Shown piece after piece: positions 27,670 to 37,723 of a stretch of DNA of 64,000 nt. Position 1 is the stretch's first letter; the number at the start of each line of letters is the position of its first letter. Source of the stretch: Thermodesulfobacteriota bacterium (GTDB taxonomy: Bacteria > Desulfobacterota > Binatia > Bin18); NCBI GenBank assembly GCA_964291405.2, contig OZ219926.1:4192001-4256000 (forward strand). The letters run 5' to 3'. Under the pieces are notes generated by a model, which saw only the letters and a list, made by a program, of their open reading frames with translations, searched no databases and was not told where the DNA came from. Both the position numbers and the translations under genes were made by a program.

Positions 27670-28146
27670 ATGAGCGAATATTTCCGCGCTATTGATCCCT
27701 TTCCGCTCCAGGGCAGTCAGAACACTCGACTGGCGCCGTTTTATGAGGCCCTGCGGTCGCAAAAGCTGCTCACTACATTTTGTCCGCAGTGTGCCCTGCG
27801 CCACTGGCCGCCGCGTGTGGTCTGTCCGGAGTGTCTCTCAGACCGGCTCGACTGGATTGAACTCCCGAGTCGGGGGACGATCCACGCCTATACCATTCAA
27901 GATACCGGCGTCCCTCCGGGCTTTCCGCGCCCATTGATTTTTGCCGTGGTCCGTGTCGAAGGGCTGAGGATCTTCACTCGACTGGTTGAAACAGAGCCCA
28001 ACCAGGTTGAGCGGGGGCGTACTGTGCGTCTCTTGCCGTCTGCAGTCGGGCAGGACCCCGAGGGTGACGAACGCTATGTGCCGACATTTACCCTGGCCCG
28101 AGGGGGTGCGGGTGAGACTTCCCCCGTGAAAATTGTCACAGCATGA
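27670..28146 (+). CDS. Zn-ribbon/OB-fold protein (DUF35), thiolase partner
   Basis: CPQC...WPPR.VCPEC then OB-fold; directly after thiolase. Confidence 0.88.
   Translation: MSEYFRAIDPFPLQGSQNTRLAPFYEALRSQKLLTTFCPQCALRHWPPRVVCPECLSDRLDWIELPSRGTIHAYTIQDTGVPPGFPRPLIFAVVRVEGLRIFTRLVETEPNQVERGRTVRLLPSAVGQDPEGDERYVPTFTLARGGAGETSPVKIVTA
28097..28141 (+). repeat. 45-bp direct repeat, copy 1
   Basis: CCCGAGGGGGTGCGGGTGAGACTTCCCCCGTGAAAATTGTCACAG; 41/45 identical to 30240..30284. Confidence 0.9.
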
Positions 28147-30272
28147 AGTACAAAATCGGTATTGATGTCGGTGGCACGTTTACCGACTTTCTTGTCACTG
28201 ACTCGCAGGGTACGGCTCAAGTCCATAAGACGCCGACCACGCCGCAGCAGCCCGCGATCGGCGTCTTGCAGGGACTGCGGAAGATCGCCACCTCTCTGGA
28301 TCGTGAACTGTCGGATTTCCTTGGTCGAGTCAGCGTCATCGTTCATGGGACGACCATTACGACCAATGCCGTCTTGACTGGAGAAGGAGCCAAAACCGCC
28401 TTTCTGACGACCCGTGGCTTTCGTGATGTGCTCAATATGCGGCGGGGGCTGCGGGACCGTCAGTACGATAGTAAATACGGTCCGCCGCCGCCTTTGGTTC
28501 CTCGAGCACATATTTACCCTATTACCGAACGGGTCAATGTTGAGGGCGCAGCGGTGACCCCCCTGCACGAAGCGGACGTGATGGATGCGATTGCACACAT
28601 CCGGGCGCATGCTATTGAGGCGGTGGCGGTCAGTTATCTGTGGTCTTTCTTAAATCCGGCCCATGAGCGTCGAACCGATCAGCTTATCCAGGACGCCCTC
28701 CCCGAGGTATATGTGTCCTTATCCTCAGAAGTGCTGCCGCAAATTCGGGTCTATGAGCGACATTCCACCACCGTCCTGAATGCCACGGTCGGTCCTCCGC
28801 TGTCGCGCTATCTGACTCAGCTTGAAAGCCAGTTGGACGCATCGGGGTTTACCGGTGCCTTGCTTATTATGCAGTCGAATGGCGGTGTGATGTCGCCCCA
28901 CCTGACTCGGCGCTTTGCCGCGAATACCCTCTTATCCGGCCCGGCGGGCGGGCCCATGGCTGGAGTGTTCTATGCTGACACCCATGCTCTGCGTGATGTG
29001 ATCACGGTTGACATGGGTGGGACCAGTTTTGATGCTTGTCTCATTCACGACCGTCACCCCGTGACAACAACAGAAGGCGAGATTGGCGGCCATCGGCTCG
29101 CTCTGCCCCTACTGGATATCCACACGGTTGGCGCTGGCGGGGGCAGTATTGCCTGGATCGATGCCGGGGGGATTCTCCAGGTCGGACCCAAGAGTGCCGG
29201 AGCCGAGCCAGGTCCGGTGTGTTACGGCCGTGGCGGGGTCGAACCCACGGTGACAGATGCCAACTTGGTTCTTGGCTATCTTTCCTCAGACGGATTGTTA
29301 GGCGGGGAAATGCCTCTTGACTATCACGGGGCTCAGCGTGCGGTGACGGACAAGATCGCTGAGCCCTTGGGCCTCTCTCCTCTTGAGGCTGCCGAGGGTA
29401 TTTATCGCATTGTGAACGCCAATATGGCGGCCGCGCTTCAGGGTGTTTCGGTCGAACGGGGCTATGATCCACGCGAGTTTGCGCTTGTGGTTGCCGGTGG
29501 AGCAGGGCCGCTGCACGCTGGAATGATAGCCCGAGAATTAGATATTCCACTCATTGTGATTCCCCAGGAGTCGTCGGTGTTCTGTGCCGCCGGCATGCTG
29601 ATCTCCGATTTACAGCACGACTATGTTCAGACATTCACCCGAGACTGGGACGCTATCGTTCCCGACGATATCAACCGTAGCCTGAGGGAGATTGAGGAAC
29701 ACGCCCGAGCAACCTTAGCATCGGAAGGTATCCCTGCGGAGAAAATACGGATTCACGCAACGTTCGATGTGCGCTATGTGGGCCAATTTCATGAAGTCGA
29801 AGTACCGGTTCAACCTCCTCTTTCGGAATCCGAGCTGGCGGCGGCGGCCGCACGTTTTCATCATCTCCACGAGACGCTCTACGGATATGCCATGCCGGAA
29901 GCTCCGTTGGAAATAATCAACCTGCGGGTCAAGGCGCTGGGGCTCACGGAGAAACCGCAACTCACGCCAAGTCCGCTTGTGGACGCAGACCCGGCCGTCG
30001 CGCTCAAGGGCAAGCGGCGGGCGTACTTCTCCGGGACGCCGTATCCGGTTGCTATCTATGCCGGGGACCAGTTCGACTGTGGCATGGCTCTTGCCGGACC
30101 GGCCTTGATCGAACAGGCCAACACCACAGTCCTGGTCCCGCCCGGCTCTCGTTTGGTCTGTGATGCCTACCGTAATTATGTCATGCACCCGGCTGAGCGA
30201 CCGCTCGACGAAATCCTCGCAGGGTTGGGCGGGCGGACACCCGAGGGGGCTCGGGGGAAACTTCCCCCGTGA
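28143..30272 (+). CDS. Hydantoinase A/oxoprolinase family ATP-binding subunit (acetophenone carboxylase gamma-like)
   Basis: GIDVGGTFTD, HGTTITTN, SGPAGG, DMGGTSFD, GAGGGSIA, GGAGPLHA. Confidence 0.93.
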   Translation: MKYKIGIDVGGTFTDFLVTDSQGTAQVHKTPTTPQQPAIGVLQGLRKIATSLDRELSDFLGRVSVIVHGTTITTNAVLTGEGAKTAFLTTRGFRDVLNMRRGLRDRQYDSKYGPPPPLVPRAHIYPITERVNVEGAAVTPLHEADVMDAIAHIRAHAIEAVAVSYLWSFLNPAHERRTDQLIQDALPEVYVSLSSEVLPQIRVYERHSTTVLNATVGPPLSRYLTQLESQLDASGFTGALLIMQSNGGVMSPHLTRRFAANTLLSGPAGGPMAGVFYADTHALRDVITVDMGGTSFDACLIHDRHPVTTTEGEIGGHRLALPLLDIHTVGAGGGSIAWIDAGGILQVGPKSAGAEPGPVCYGRGGVEPTVTDANLVLGYLSSDGLLGGEMPLDYHGAQRAVTDKIAEPLGLSPLEAAEGIYRIVNANMAAALQGVSVERGYDPREFALVVAGGAGPLHAGMIARELDIPLIVIPQESSVFCAAGMLISDLQHDYVQTFTRDWDAIVPDDINRSLREIEEHARATLASEGIPAEKIRIHATFDVRYVGQFHEVEVPVQPPLSESELAAAAARFHHLHETLYGYAMPEAPLEIINLRVKALGLTEKPQLTPSPLVDADPAVALKGKRRAYFSGTPYPVAIYAGDQFDCGMALAGPALIEQANTTVLVPPGSRLVCDAYRNYVMHPAERPLDEILAGLGGRTPEGARGKLPP

Positions 30273-30284
30273 AAATTGTCACAG
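30240..30284 (+). repeat. 45-bp direct repeat, copy 2
   Basis: CCCGAGGGGGCTCGGGGGAAACTTCCCCCGTGAAAATTGTCACAG; contains inverted repeat CGGGGGAA-AC-TTCCCCCG. Confidence 0.9.
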
Positions 30285-30301
30285 TGAAGAAGGGGCGTGG
30301 A

Positions 30302-32047
30302 ATGCAAACGGACAGGATTGATCCGATCCTCATATCGGTCATCGCGAATCGTTTGGACTCGATCACCAAGGAAATGGGCCAGACCATGCTGCGGACCTCA
30401 CGCTCGCCCATTTTTAGTGAGGCGCGCGATTTTGTGACCGCCATTTATGACCGTCAGCTCCGTCTGGTCGCCCAGACGGCCTATATCCCCATCCTGCTGG
30501 CCGCAACGCCCTGGGCGATCCGCTCGATTGCTGAGACCTATGCCGACGACACGCACGAAGGCGATGTCTTCATTCTCAACGACCCGTATCGGGGTAATAA
30601 CCATCCGCCCGATTTTACGATTGCCAAGCCGGTTTATATCGATGGCGAACTGCGCTTCTGGTCGGTCACAAAAGGCCATCAAGCGGACACCGGTGGCGGC
30701 GGCGCGGCAGGCTATCACCCGGAAGCACGGGATGTGTGGGATGAAGGGCTACGGATTCCACCGGCTAAACTCTATGAGCGGGGCAAAGTAAATCGCGGCC
30801 TGTGGGAAATGATTGTGTCCAATGTGCGCCTGCGGTTTTTGGTGGAGGGCGACCTGCAGTGTCTGGTTGGTGCCGCCGGCCTGGGCGAACGCAATATTAT
30901 CTCGCTGGTGAAAAAACATGGCATCTCTGTTGTCGAACAGGTCGTTGAGCACCTCCTGGCTGCCTCGGAAAAACACATGTGCGAGGAAATTCGTGCGATC
31001 CCGAACGGCACGTATCTGGGCGAGCGACAGATCGACAACGACGGTGTTGTCCACGACCGGCCGGTGACCATTCGGGTGAAAGTCGAGGTGCAGGACGAGT
31101 CTGTGATGTTCGATTACTCAGGCTCGGATGACCAAGTCCCCGGCTATGTCAACAGTCCGTTTGCCAATACTGCTTCTGCGACCTACCTGGCACTGTTTAC
31201 TCTGGTCAACCCCGATGTACCGCATAACGAAGGGGCCATGCGTCCGGTTTCCATCGTGGCGCCGAGCGGGAGTGTGGTGAACCCGGTCGAACCAGCGCCA
31301 AGCACGGCCTGCACGGTCCTAACGGGCGAAACCATAACCGAAGCGGTCTGGCTGGCCCTGTCGGGGGTTATCCCCGAGCGCGTTCAGGCCGCCTGGGGAC
31401 GCTGGTGTGCGCCAGCCACCACGGGTATGAACCCACGTACCGGCCGGCCGTTTGGGGAAATTCATTTTTTAAGCAAAGGTGGCGGTGGAGCCACGGCCGG
31501 TTTTGATGGCTGGGATCATATCGGGACTGCCATGTGCCTGGGGGGACTGCGTTCGCCGGACCCTGAACTGCACGAACTGGTCAACCCGTATTTTATCGAG
31601 CAGTTTGAGTATTGTCAGGATAGTGCCGGAGCCGGGCAATGGCGGGGTGGCATGGGGGTGACCTATCGCTGGCGGGTCGAGGCTGACAATATTGCGTGTG
31701 CAAACTTCGGGAGCGGTACCCAGCCCGCCACGGCACCGTTCGGCCTGCGGGGCGGCCAGGGTGCACCGCCCAACCGGCAGGTTTTTCACTATGCCGATGG
31801 CCGCACGGAAGAGAGTATGGCCAATTCCACGAGTATCCTGTCCAAAGGAGATGAAGTGGAACTGCTCTCAAGCGGTGGTGGTGGATTTGGCGACCCGAAG
31901 GAGCGAGCGGTCGAAACAGTCGTACAAGACGTAAGGGATGGATTGGTCTCGATGGAAAGCGCACAGCGAGACTACGGGGTGGTGATAGATCCAACGACGT
32001 TTGTTGTTGACGAAGCGGCAACCGTACGGCTACGCAATGGGAGATGA
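30302..32047 (+). CDS. Hydantoinase B/oxoprolinase family subunit
   Basis: DPILISVI, RTSRSPIFSEARD, NDPY.GNNHPPD, GHQAD, EGLRIPP, GGGGFGDP. Confidence 0.92.
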   Translation: MQTDRIDPILISVIANRLDSITKEMGQTMLRTSRSPIFSEARDFVTAIYDRQLRLVAQTAYIPILLAATPWAIRSIAETYADDTHEGDVFILNDPYRGNNHPPDFTIAKPVYIDGELRFWSVTKGHQADTGGGGAAGYHPEARDVWDEGLRIPPAKLYERGKVNRGLWEMIVSNVRLRFLVEGDLQCLVGAAGLGERNIISLVKKHGISVVEQVVEHLLAASEKHMCEEIRAIPNGTYLGERQIDNDGVVHDRPVTIRVKVEVQDESVMFDYSGSDDQVPGYVNSPFANTASATYLALFTLVNPDVPHNEGAMRPVSIVAPSGSVVNPVEPAPSTACTVLTGETITEAVWLALSGVIPERVQAAWGRWCAPATTGMNPRTGRPFGEIHFLSKGGGGATAGFDGWDHIGTAMCLGGLRSPDPELHELVNPYFIEQFEYCQDSAGAGQWRGGMGVTYRWRVEADNIACANFGSGTQPATAPFGLRGGQGAPPNRQVFHYADGRTEESMANSTSILSKGDEVELLSSGGGGFGDPKERAVETVVQDVRDGLVSMESAQRDYGVVIDPTTFVVDEAATVRLRNGR

Positions 32048-32089
32048 GGGGAGAGTAGGACCCACTCCAAGTTGAAGGAAAGAGGAGCA

Positions 32090-33136
32090 ATGCGATTTAG
32101 TGTCATGATTTGGCCTTACTCGGGCCAAACGATAGAACCGGTTGTCCGCCTCGCCCAATGCGCCGAAGCCTGTGGCTTTGAGACGGTGTATGTCGGTGAT
32201 TCGCAGATGCTGTGGAACGACGTCTACGTCTGTCTGGCCTGCTGCGCCCAAGCTACGCAACGGGTACAACTCGGGCCCGGCGTGACGAATCTGGTCACCC
32301 GCCATCCAACCGTGACGGCCAATGCAATGGTCTCCCTCAACATGCTCAGTCAGGGGCGAGCCGTGCTCGGTATCGGCGCAGGGGACTCGGCCGTGAGAAC
32401 CGCGGGCCTCTCCCCGGCTAAGCGAGATCAACTGCGTCGGGATGTTGTTTTCATTCGCCACTTGTTTTCAGGACAAGAGGTGGAAGCTCCTGATGTGTCC
32501 ACCCCCGGAGACAAGAAAACCTGGGGACAGGAAGTACGGCTGAAGTTGGCTGGAGCCGAAGAATGGGGGAAGGTGCCCATTGAGATTGCGGTCATGAGTC
32601 CGCGAGCCGCCACGTTGGTCGGTGAAATAGGCGACGGCGTTATTGTTGACGGTCATATGGGCGGAAACGGGGAGGGCGCGCGGGTTGCGGTCGAGGCGGC
32701 GAGTGAAGGCGCGCGAAAAGCGGGCAAGGACCCGGCCCAACTCCGCTTTATCGCCGCGATCGACGCAGCTATTGACGATGATCGGAGGGCGGCGCTCGAT
32801 CAAGTGCGTCCGACTGCCGCGCGGAATATTGCCAACAAACTCTGGCTCCCGGACACGCTTAGTATTGAACATGCCGATGTCGTGAAAGCGGTGACCGAAA
32901 GCTACCGCTTCTATGAACATCTTGACTTAACCGCCAAACATCGTGAACTTATTCCTGATGTCGTTGCCCAGAAATGTACCATTGCGGGAACGCCTCAAGA
33001 CTGCATTGACAAAGCGTGTGAGCTCAAAGCCGCTGGCCTGACCGATATTGCTATTTTTGTGACCACCCAGAATGAAGCTGCGGCGCGTACGACACTGGAA
33101 CGATTTGCCAAAGAAGTCATCCCATCCGTGAGATGA
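32090..33136 (+). CDS. LLM class (Mer-like) oxidoreductase
   Basis: GFETVYVGDSQ, GPGVTN..TRHP, GRAVLGIGAGDS; SD GAGGAG. Confidence 0.9.
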   Translation: MRFSVMIWPYSGQTIEPVVRLAQCAEACGFETVYVGDSQMLWNDVYVCLACCAQATQRVQLGPGVTNLVTRHPTVTANAMVSLNMLSQGRAVLGIGAGDSAVRTAGLSPAKRDQLRRDVVFIRHLFSGQEVEAPDVSTPGDKKTWGQEVRLKLAGAEEWGKVPIEIAVMSPRAATLVGEIGDGVIVDGHMGGNGEGARVAVEAASEGARKAGKDPAQLRFIAAIDAAIDDDRRAALDQVRPTAARNIANKLWLPDTLSIEHADVVKAVTESYRFYEHLDLTAKHRELIPDVVAQKCTIAGTPQDCIDKACELKAAGLTDIAIFVTTQNEAAARTTLERFAKEVIPSVR

Positions 33137-33169
33137 CGTGTGGAGAGCCGGAAAAAGGGAGACGCCGAG

Positions 33170-33604
33170 ATGGCTGCGGAAGATCTGGTCAAACTCTGGG
33201 AAGAGCATGTTATAGGCGAGTTTGTCGAAAAAGATGAAGAGCTTTCGCTTTCGACTATGGTGGAGGATGCGTCGGTCATGCACATGCCGACGCGCTCTGG
33301 CGGAAAGGGCAAGGCCGAACTCCGTACCTATTATCGGGACATGTTCATCCCCTCGATTCCCGATGAGTGGGAGCATGTCATGACGAACCGCGTTGTGACC
33401 GAAGACTGTATTGTCGAGGAAGCCACAGTCCATATGGTCCATTCGAAGCAGATGGACTGGTTTCTGCCTGGGATTCCCCCGACCGGCAAGACCGTCACGG
33501 CGGAATTAGTCATTATCATTGAGTTTCGGGATGGGAAGATGTCTGCGGAACGCATTTACTGGGACCACGCCGCGGTACTGCGGCAGATAGGCCAGCTCGC
33601 ATAG
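33170..33604 (+). CDS. SnoaL-like ester cyclase/NTF2 protein
   Basis: WEEH, LPGIPPTGK, ERIYWD.A.VL.QIG. Confidence 0.85.
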   Translation: MAAEDLVKLWEEHVIGEFVEKDEELSLSTMVEDASVMHMPTRSGGKGKAELRTYYRDMFIPSIPDEWEHVMTNRVVTEDCIVEEATVHMVHSKQMDWFLPGIPPTGKTVTAELVIIIEFRDGKMSAERIYWDHAAVLRQIGQLA

Positions 33605-33676
33605 CTAGGCCGCAGGTCGCCCTCTGAGGGAGAGCTGGCAAGCGCGTACCTCGGAGGCCGGACGAAAGGAGTAAGG

Positions 33677-34939
33677 ATGAAGAAATGCTGTCGAGCCTAC
33701 AGTCTTCTCATTCTTTTCTTCTTGCTGCTGTTCGGCAGCGAGATACCCTTTGCCGCAGCTGGTGAGGAAGAATCCGTAGTGGATCAGGCCAGGCAGGGCG
33801 ATTTGCTTGGGGCGGTTATCACTTATAAGGCCAGGCATGACCCGACCGCAAAGAACGGGCTTGTCACGCTCCAACAACTCGCGCTTGAGGTCCTACGACT
33901 GGGACTGCGATTGGGCGACCCGCATGAGCGGAACGTGGTTGCTGGTATCCTTGGGCGAAGAGGTGACCCCGCTGGAATCGTGGTGCTTGATGAGGCCTTA
34001 CGGTCCGACCAGCCCATGCTCCGCCGGACCGCGGCCGACGCCCTGGGTGATATGGCGACGCCTGATGCGGTCGGGCTGCTGCGTCGGCTCTATTACACAG
34101 ACTCAGTAGGGAAGCGCCTGGCGTTGTCGGGCTTACGACGGACGCGGGACCGAACCGCGCTGCTGCTCTATCTTGATGCCGTGAGTAGTGCGGATACCCG
34201 ACTGCGCACCCAAGGGGCGGGTGGTCTGGGCGAACTCCGCTCTGCGGTTGCATCGCCGGTGTTACACACGCTCCTCAAAACAGAAAAAGACCCCATCGTT
34301 GCCATCACGCTGGCGTGGTCACTGGCGGCGACGGGTGATGCAACTGGATTTGCCTATCTCACCGCTAAATTGAGCGATGCGAGTGAGCAAATCCGCGATG
34401 CCGCAGTTGGATTGCTCGGATCGCTCGATGACCCGAGCATCGTCGGGTTGCTGCGGACCGCCCTGCAATCCGACCCGTCTGAAATGGTCCGCACCACAGC
34501 CGCCGCTTCCCTCACGCATTTCAAGGACGCGAGCGGCCTCCCCCTTGTCCAGCAGGCGTTGGAGCACGTTGATTTTCGTATTCGTCTGGCCGCCTCCGTT
34601 TCCTTTAACCGTATGGACTATGGGACGGCGAAGCCGCTGATTGTGAAAGCGTTGCAGTCCTGGGACCCGTTGACGCGTTCCAGTGCGTATCAGGTTATTG
34701 GCCAGAATCAGGATGCCAGCGTCGCGTCTGAAGTGATTGCGGCGGTGGGGCGAGAGCAGGACCTGTATGCCAAGGCGCAGGGGTTATGGACGATCGGGCG
34801 GATCGGTGGGGCCGAGAGTGTTCCTCAACTCCTGGATATGCTCGCCGCAGAAGAGGAAACGGTGCGGCACGCCTCTGCGGAGGCTCTGGTCTTCATCAGT
34901 GATCGTCTGTTACAGCAAAAAGGGCGGCAACAGCGGTAG
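33677..34939 (+). CDS. HEAT-repeat protein with signal peptide
   Basis: Repeated LRRTAADALG / VRTTAAASL / VRHASAEAL; N-terminal hydrophobic signal. Confidence 0.85.
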   Translation: MKKCCRAYSLLILFFLLLFGSEIPFAAAGEEESVVDQARQGDLLGAVITYKARHDPTAKNGLVTLQQLALEVLRLGLRLGDPHERNVVAGILGRRGDPAGIVVLDEALRSDQPMLRRTAADALGDMATPDAVGLLRRLYYTDSVGKRLALSGLRRTRDRTALLLYLDAVSSADTRLRTQGAGGLGELRSAVASPVLHTLLKTEKDPIVAITLAWSLAATGDATGFAYLTAKLSDASEQIRDAAVGLLGSLDDPSIVGLLRTALQSDPSEMVRTTAAASLTHFKDASGLPLVQQALEHVDFRIRLAASVSFNRMDYGTAKPLIVKALQSWDPLTRSSAYQVIGQNQDASVASEVIAAVGREQDLYAKAQGLWTIGRIGGAESVPQLLDMLAAEEETVRHASAEALVFISDRLLQQKGRQQR

Positions 34940-35059
34940 AGGCTGTTCGGCTCTTTACGCCCGGCAGGCCGCTTGATAAGAAGCCGTCCTGCTCCGGTTT
35001 TGCCTTCGGGCTGGGCTAGGGGCAAAGAATTCGAGAGGAATCAACACAGGAGGACCTAT

Positions 35060-35449
35060 ATGGCTGCGTTCGATACAGACTGGATGGAGCGCTGGCAAGT
35101 CTTGGTCAATCAGGACAGCGTGACCAAGATCATTGGCAGACATTTGACCACGGATGTCCTGCTGGCTTTCGGTGATACCGCCTACGTCGTGTCATTCGTA
35201 GGCGGGACGATACCGAAAGTCTCGGCCAATATCGGACCTGAATCGACCTACGCGTTTGCTCTGCGTGGTCCCGCGGAAACCTGGGCAAAATTTATCCAGC
35301 CTATCCCTCCGCCCATGTATAATGATATCTGGGCAATGGCCCATCCGCTTCACGGACGCCTGCAGATTGAAGGCGATGTCAAAGTCATGTGGCAGAACCT
35401 GCGGGCCTTTACCTGGACGCTTGATTTGATGCGGAATGTACAAGAATAG
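35060..35449 (+). CDS. SCP2-like hypothetical protein
   Basis: W..F...P, GRLQIEGD; SD AGGAGG; coupled to hydrolase. Confidence 0.65.
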   Translation: MAAFDTDWMERWQVLVNQDSVTKIIGRHLTTDVLLAFGDTAYVVSFVGGTIPKVSANIGPESTYAFALRGPAETWAKFIQPIPPPMYNDIWAMAHPLHGRLQIEGDVKVMWQNLRAFTWTLDLMRNVQE

Positions 35450-35460
35450 GAGCAAGAGCC

Positions 35461-36303
35461 ATGGCGAATATTGAACCCATTACTGGTCATTATGTGCGTG
35501 TCCCGTACGCGGGAGAAGACTATCGGGTGTTTTATGAGGAAGCCGGGCAGGGCATCCCCCTTGTGTGTCTCCACACGGCGGGCACGGATACGCGCGAGTG
35601 GCGTCACCAATTGTGTGATGCTGAGATCAACGGTGACTTTCGGGTGATTGCGCTCGACCTGCCGCGACATGGAAAATCCATTCCGCCCACGGGCTGGTGG
35701 AAAGAAGAGTATAAGCTGACGGCCCAGTTTTACTCGGAGTTCCTGATGGCTTTCTGTCAAGAGCTCGAACTCGACAATCCGGTTATCATGGGCAGCTCGA
35801 TGGGCGGGAATATCTGTCTGCACCTGGCGCGTAACTTCTCGTCTAACCTGCGTGCCCTGATAGCAATCGAAGCCTGCGACTACTCGCCCGGCTGGTGGCT
35901 AGACTGGCTCTGGAATCCCCATGTGCACGGCGGCGAAGCGTGTGCCACCTCGGTGTATGGCCTGATGGCGCCGCAGAGCCCGGAAGAGTATCGCCGAGAA
36001 ACCTGGTGGTATTATTCCCAAAGCGGTCCAGGCATCTTCAAGGGCGACTTGTATTTCTACAGTGTTGATCACGACTTCCGTGAAGTGGCGGAACAACTGC
36101 CGGGCGATATTCCCATCTACTTCATGACGGGCGTGTATGATTTTGCCTGTACGCCGGAGATGACGGAAAAAACAGCCAAAAAGGTCAAGAACTCCGAGTG
36201 TATCATTATGGAAGAAATCGGCCATTTCCCTATGTGTGAGAATCCTGTGACATTCAAGAAATATCTGATGCCAGTGCTAGCCAAGATTCTCCAAACGAGC
36301 TAA
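35461..36303 (+). CDS. Alpha/beta hydrolase
   Basis: CLHTAG, DLPRHGKS, GSSMGG, GHFPMCENP. Confidence 0.9.
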   Translation: MANIEPITGHYVRVPYAGEDYRVFYEEAGQGIPLVCLHTAGTDTREWRHQLCDAEINGDFRVIALDLPRHGKSIPPTGWWKEEYKLTAQFYSEFLMAFCQELELDNPVIMGSSMGGNICLHLARNFSSNLRALIAIEACDYSPGWWLDWLWNPHVHGGEACATSVYGLMAPQSPEEYRRETWWYYSQSGPGIFKGDLYFYSVDHDFREVAEQLPGDIPIYFMTGVYDFACTPEMTEKTAKKVKNSECIIMEEIGHFPMCENPVTFKKYLMPVLAKILQTS

Positions 36304-36367
36304 GGCTGAGAGAGCACACTGGAGCTGGGCGGCAACGGCAATCCGCTCGCGGTCAGGAGGAAGTCTC

Positions 36368-37582
36368 ATGAAATTCAATCTTTTTGTTTTACCGACCATC
36401 CCGGCGACGTTCGAGGAGCGCGAACGGCTGCGGCCCATTGGTCGCAACAACGACAAATATCAAGAAATGCTCACTGAGTTGCGCGAGATTGCGCAACTGG
36501 CCGAAGAGTTCGGCTTTGACGCCATGTCCACCACCGAGCACCACTTTCACTCCGAGGGCTATGAGGCGTCTATTGCGCCGTTGATGCTGTACACCGACCT
36601 TGCAGCGCGGACCGAGCGCATCAAGTTTGCCTCGCTCGGATTGGTCTTACCCACCTGGGACCCGCTCCGGGTAGCGGAAGAGATTGCCGTGATTGATCAT
36701 CTGACCAAGGGTCGCTTTATTGCCGGCTTTGCCAGGGGCTATCAGGATCGTTGGACCAATGTGCTTGGGCAGCACTACCATGTGACCGGTGCACCCATGG
36801 ACGGCTCTGAGGTGGATGCGCATAACCGGGCGGTCTTTGAAGAAGTCTTTAAGATTATGAAGACCGCCTGGACCGAAGAGTCCATTCGGCTTAAGACCAA
36901 GTACTACGAGGTCCCGACCCCCTATGAACACGGCATTCAGCGCTGGCCGGTCGCCAAAAACTGGACCTCGAAATACGGGGCTGAGGGAGAGGTGGACGAA
37001 AACGGGGCGGTGCAGCGAATTTGTGTTGTTCCCAAACCCTATACCGAACCCCACCCGCCGATCTGGCAGCCGTTTTCGGTGAGCGAGAAAACGATCCGCT
37101 GGTGCGCCACCGAAGGGATTGTGCCGTGGATTCTGATTTCGCATCCCCCTGCGTTCCGGGAGCTATGTGAAGCCTATCGTGAGGAGGCAGCCAAACATGG
37201 CCGGAATCTCGAACTCGGCGAGAGTATCGGCGCCTTTCGGTCGGTGCATGTCGGGAATACGTACACCGAAGGCTATTCTCTGGGAGCGGAAACGCAGGGG
37301 GCCGGATTCATCCAATATTTCGCCGGGTTCGGCTTCTTTGAGGCCTACCGCTACCCTGGCGAGACGACACCCGTCCCCTGGAAGTTCGAGCGTATGGTCG
37401 AGGCGAAGTACTCGCTGGTTGGGACTGTCGATGATGTCAAGCGTGAACTGGAAGCACTCCAGAAGAATGCCAATATTGAATGGTTTGGCTGGTTCTTTGA
37501 TCAAGGGATGATGCCCTGGGAAGAGACCAAGCGTCAGCTCGAAATCTTTGGGACTAAAATCCTGCCGGAATTCAAAGACTAA
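36368..37582 (+). CDS. LLM class flavin-dependent monooxygenase (luciferase-like)
   Basis: GFDAMSTTEHHF, DPLRVAEE...DHLTKGR, ARGYQ, PKPYTEPHPPIW. Confidence 0.92.
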   Translation: MKFNLFVLPTIPATFEERERLRPIGRNNDKYQEMLTELREIAQLAEEFGFDAMSTTEHHFHSEGYEASIAPLMLYTDLAARTERIKFASLGLVLPTWDPLRVAEEIAVIDHLTKGRFIAGFARGYQDRWTNVLGQHYHVTGAPMDGSEVDAHNRAVFEEVFKIMKTAWTEESIRLKTKYYEVPTPYEHGIQRWPVAKNWTSKYGAEGEVDENGAVQRICVVPKPYTEPHPPIWQPFSVSEKTIRWCATEGIVPWILISHPPAFRELCEAYREEAAKHGRNLELGESIGAFRSVHVGNTYTEGYSLGAETQGAGFIQYFAGFGFFEAYRYPGETTPVPWKFERMVEAKYSLVGTVDDVKRELEALQKNANIEWFGWFFDQGMMPWEETKRQLEIFGTKILPEFKD

Positions 37583-37615
37583 GCCCATCTCTGGGGATTT
37601 CCTTCCTTATTTGTC

Positions 37616-37643
37616 GGGCGTGTCTTGGGACACGCCCTTTTTT
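37616..37643 (+). terminator. Intrinsic terminator
   Basis: GGGCGTGTC-TTGG-GACACGCCC plus T6. Confidence 0.85.
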
Positions 37644-37723
37644 ATTGGTATGATGGTCTGACTTTTCTCCAGGTGCTCGTCTCGTGTGTGTCTAACGCGT
37701 GAGCAAGGTCAAAGAGAACAAGC

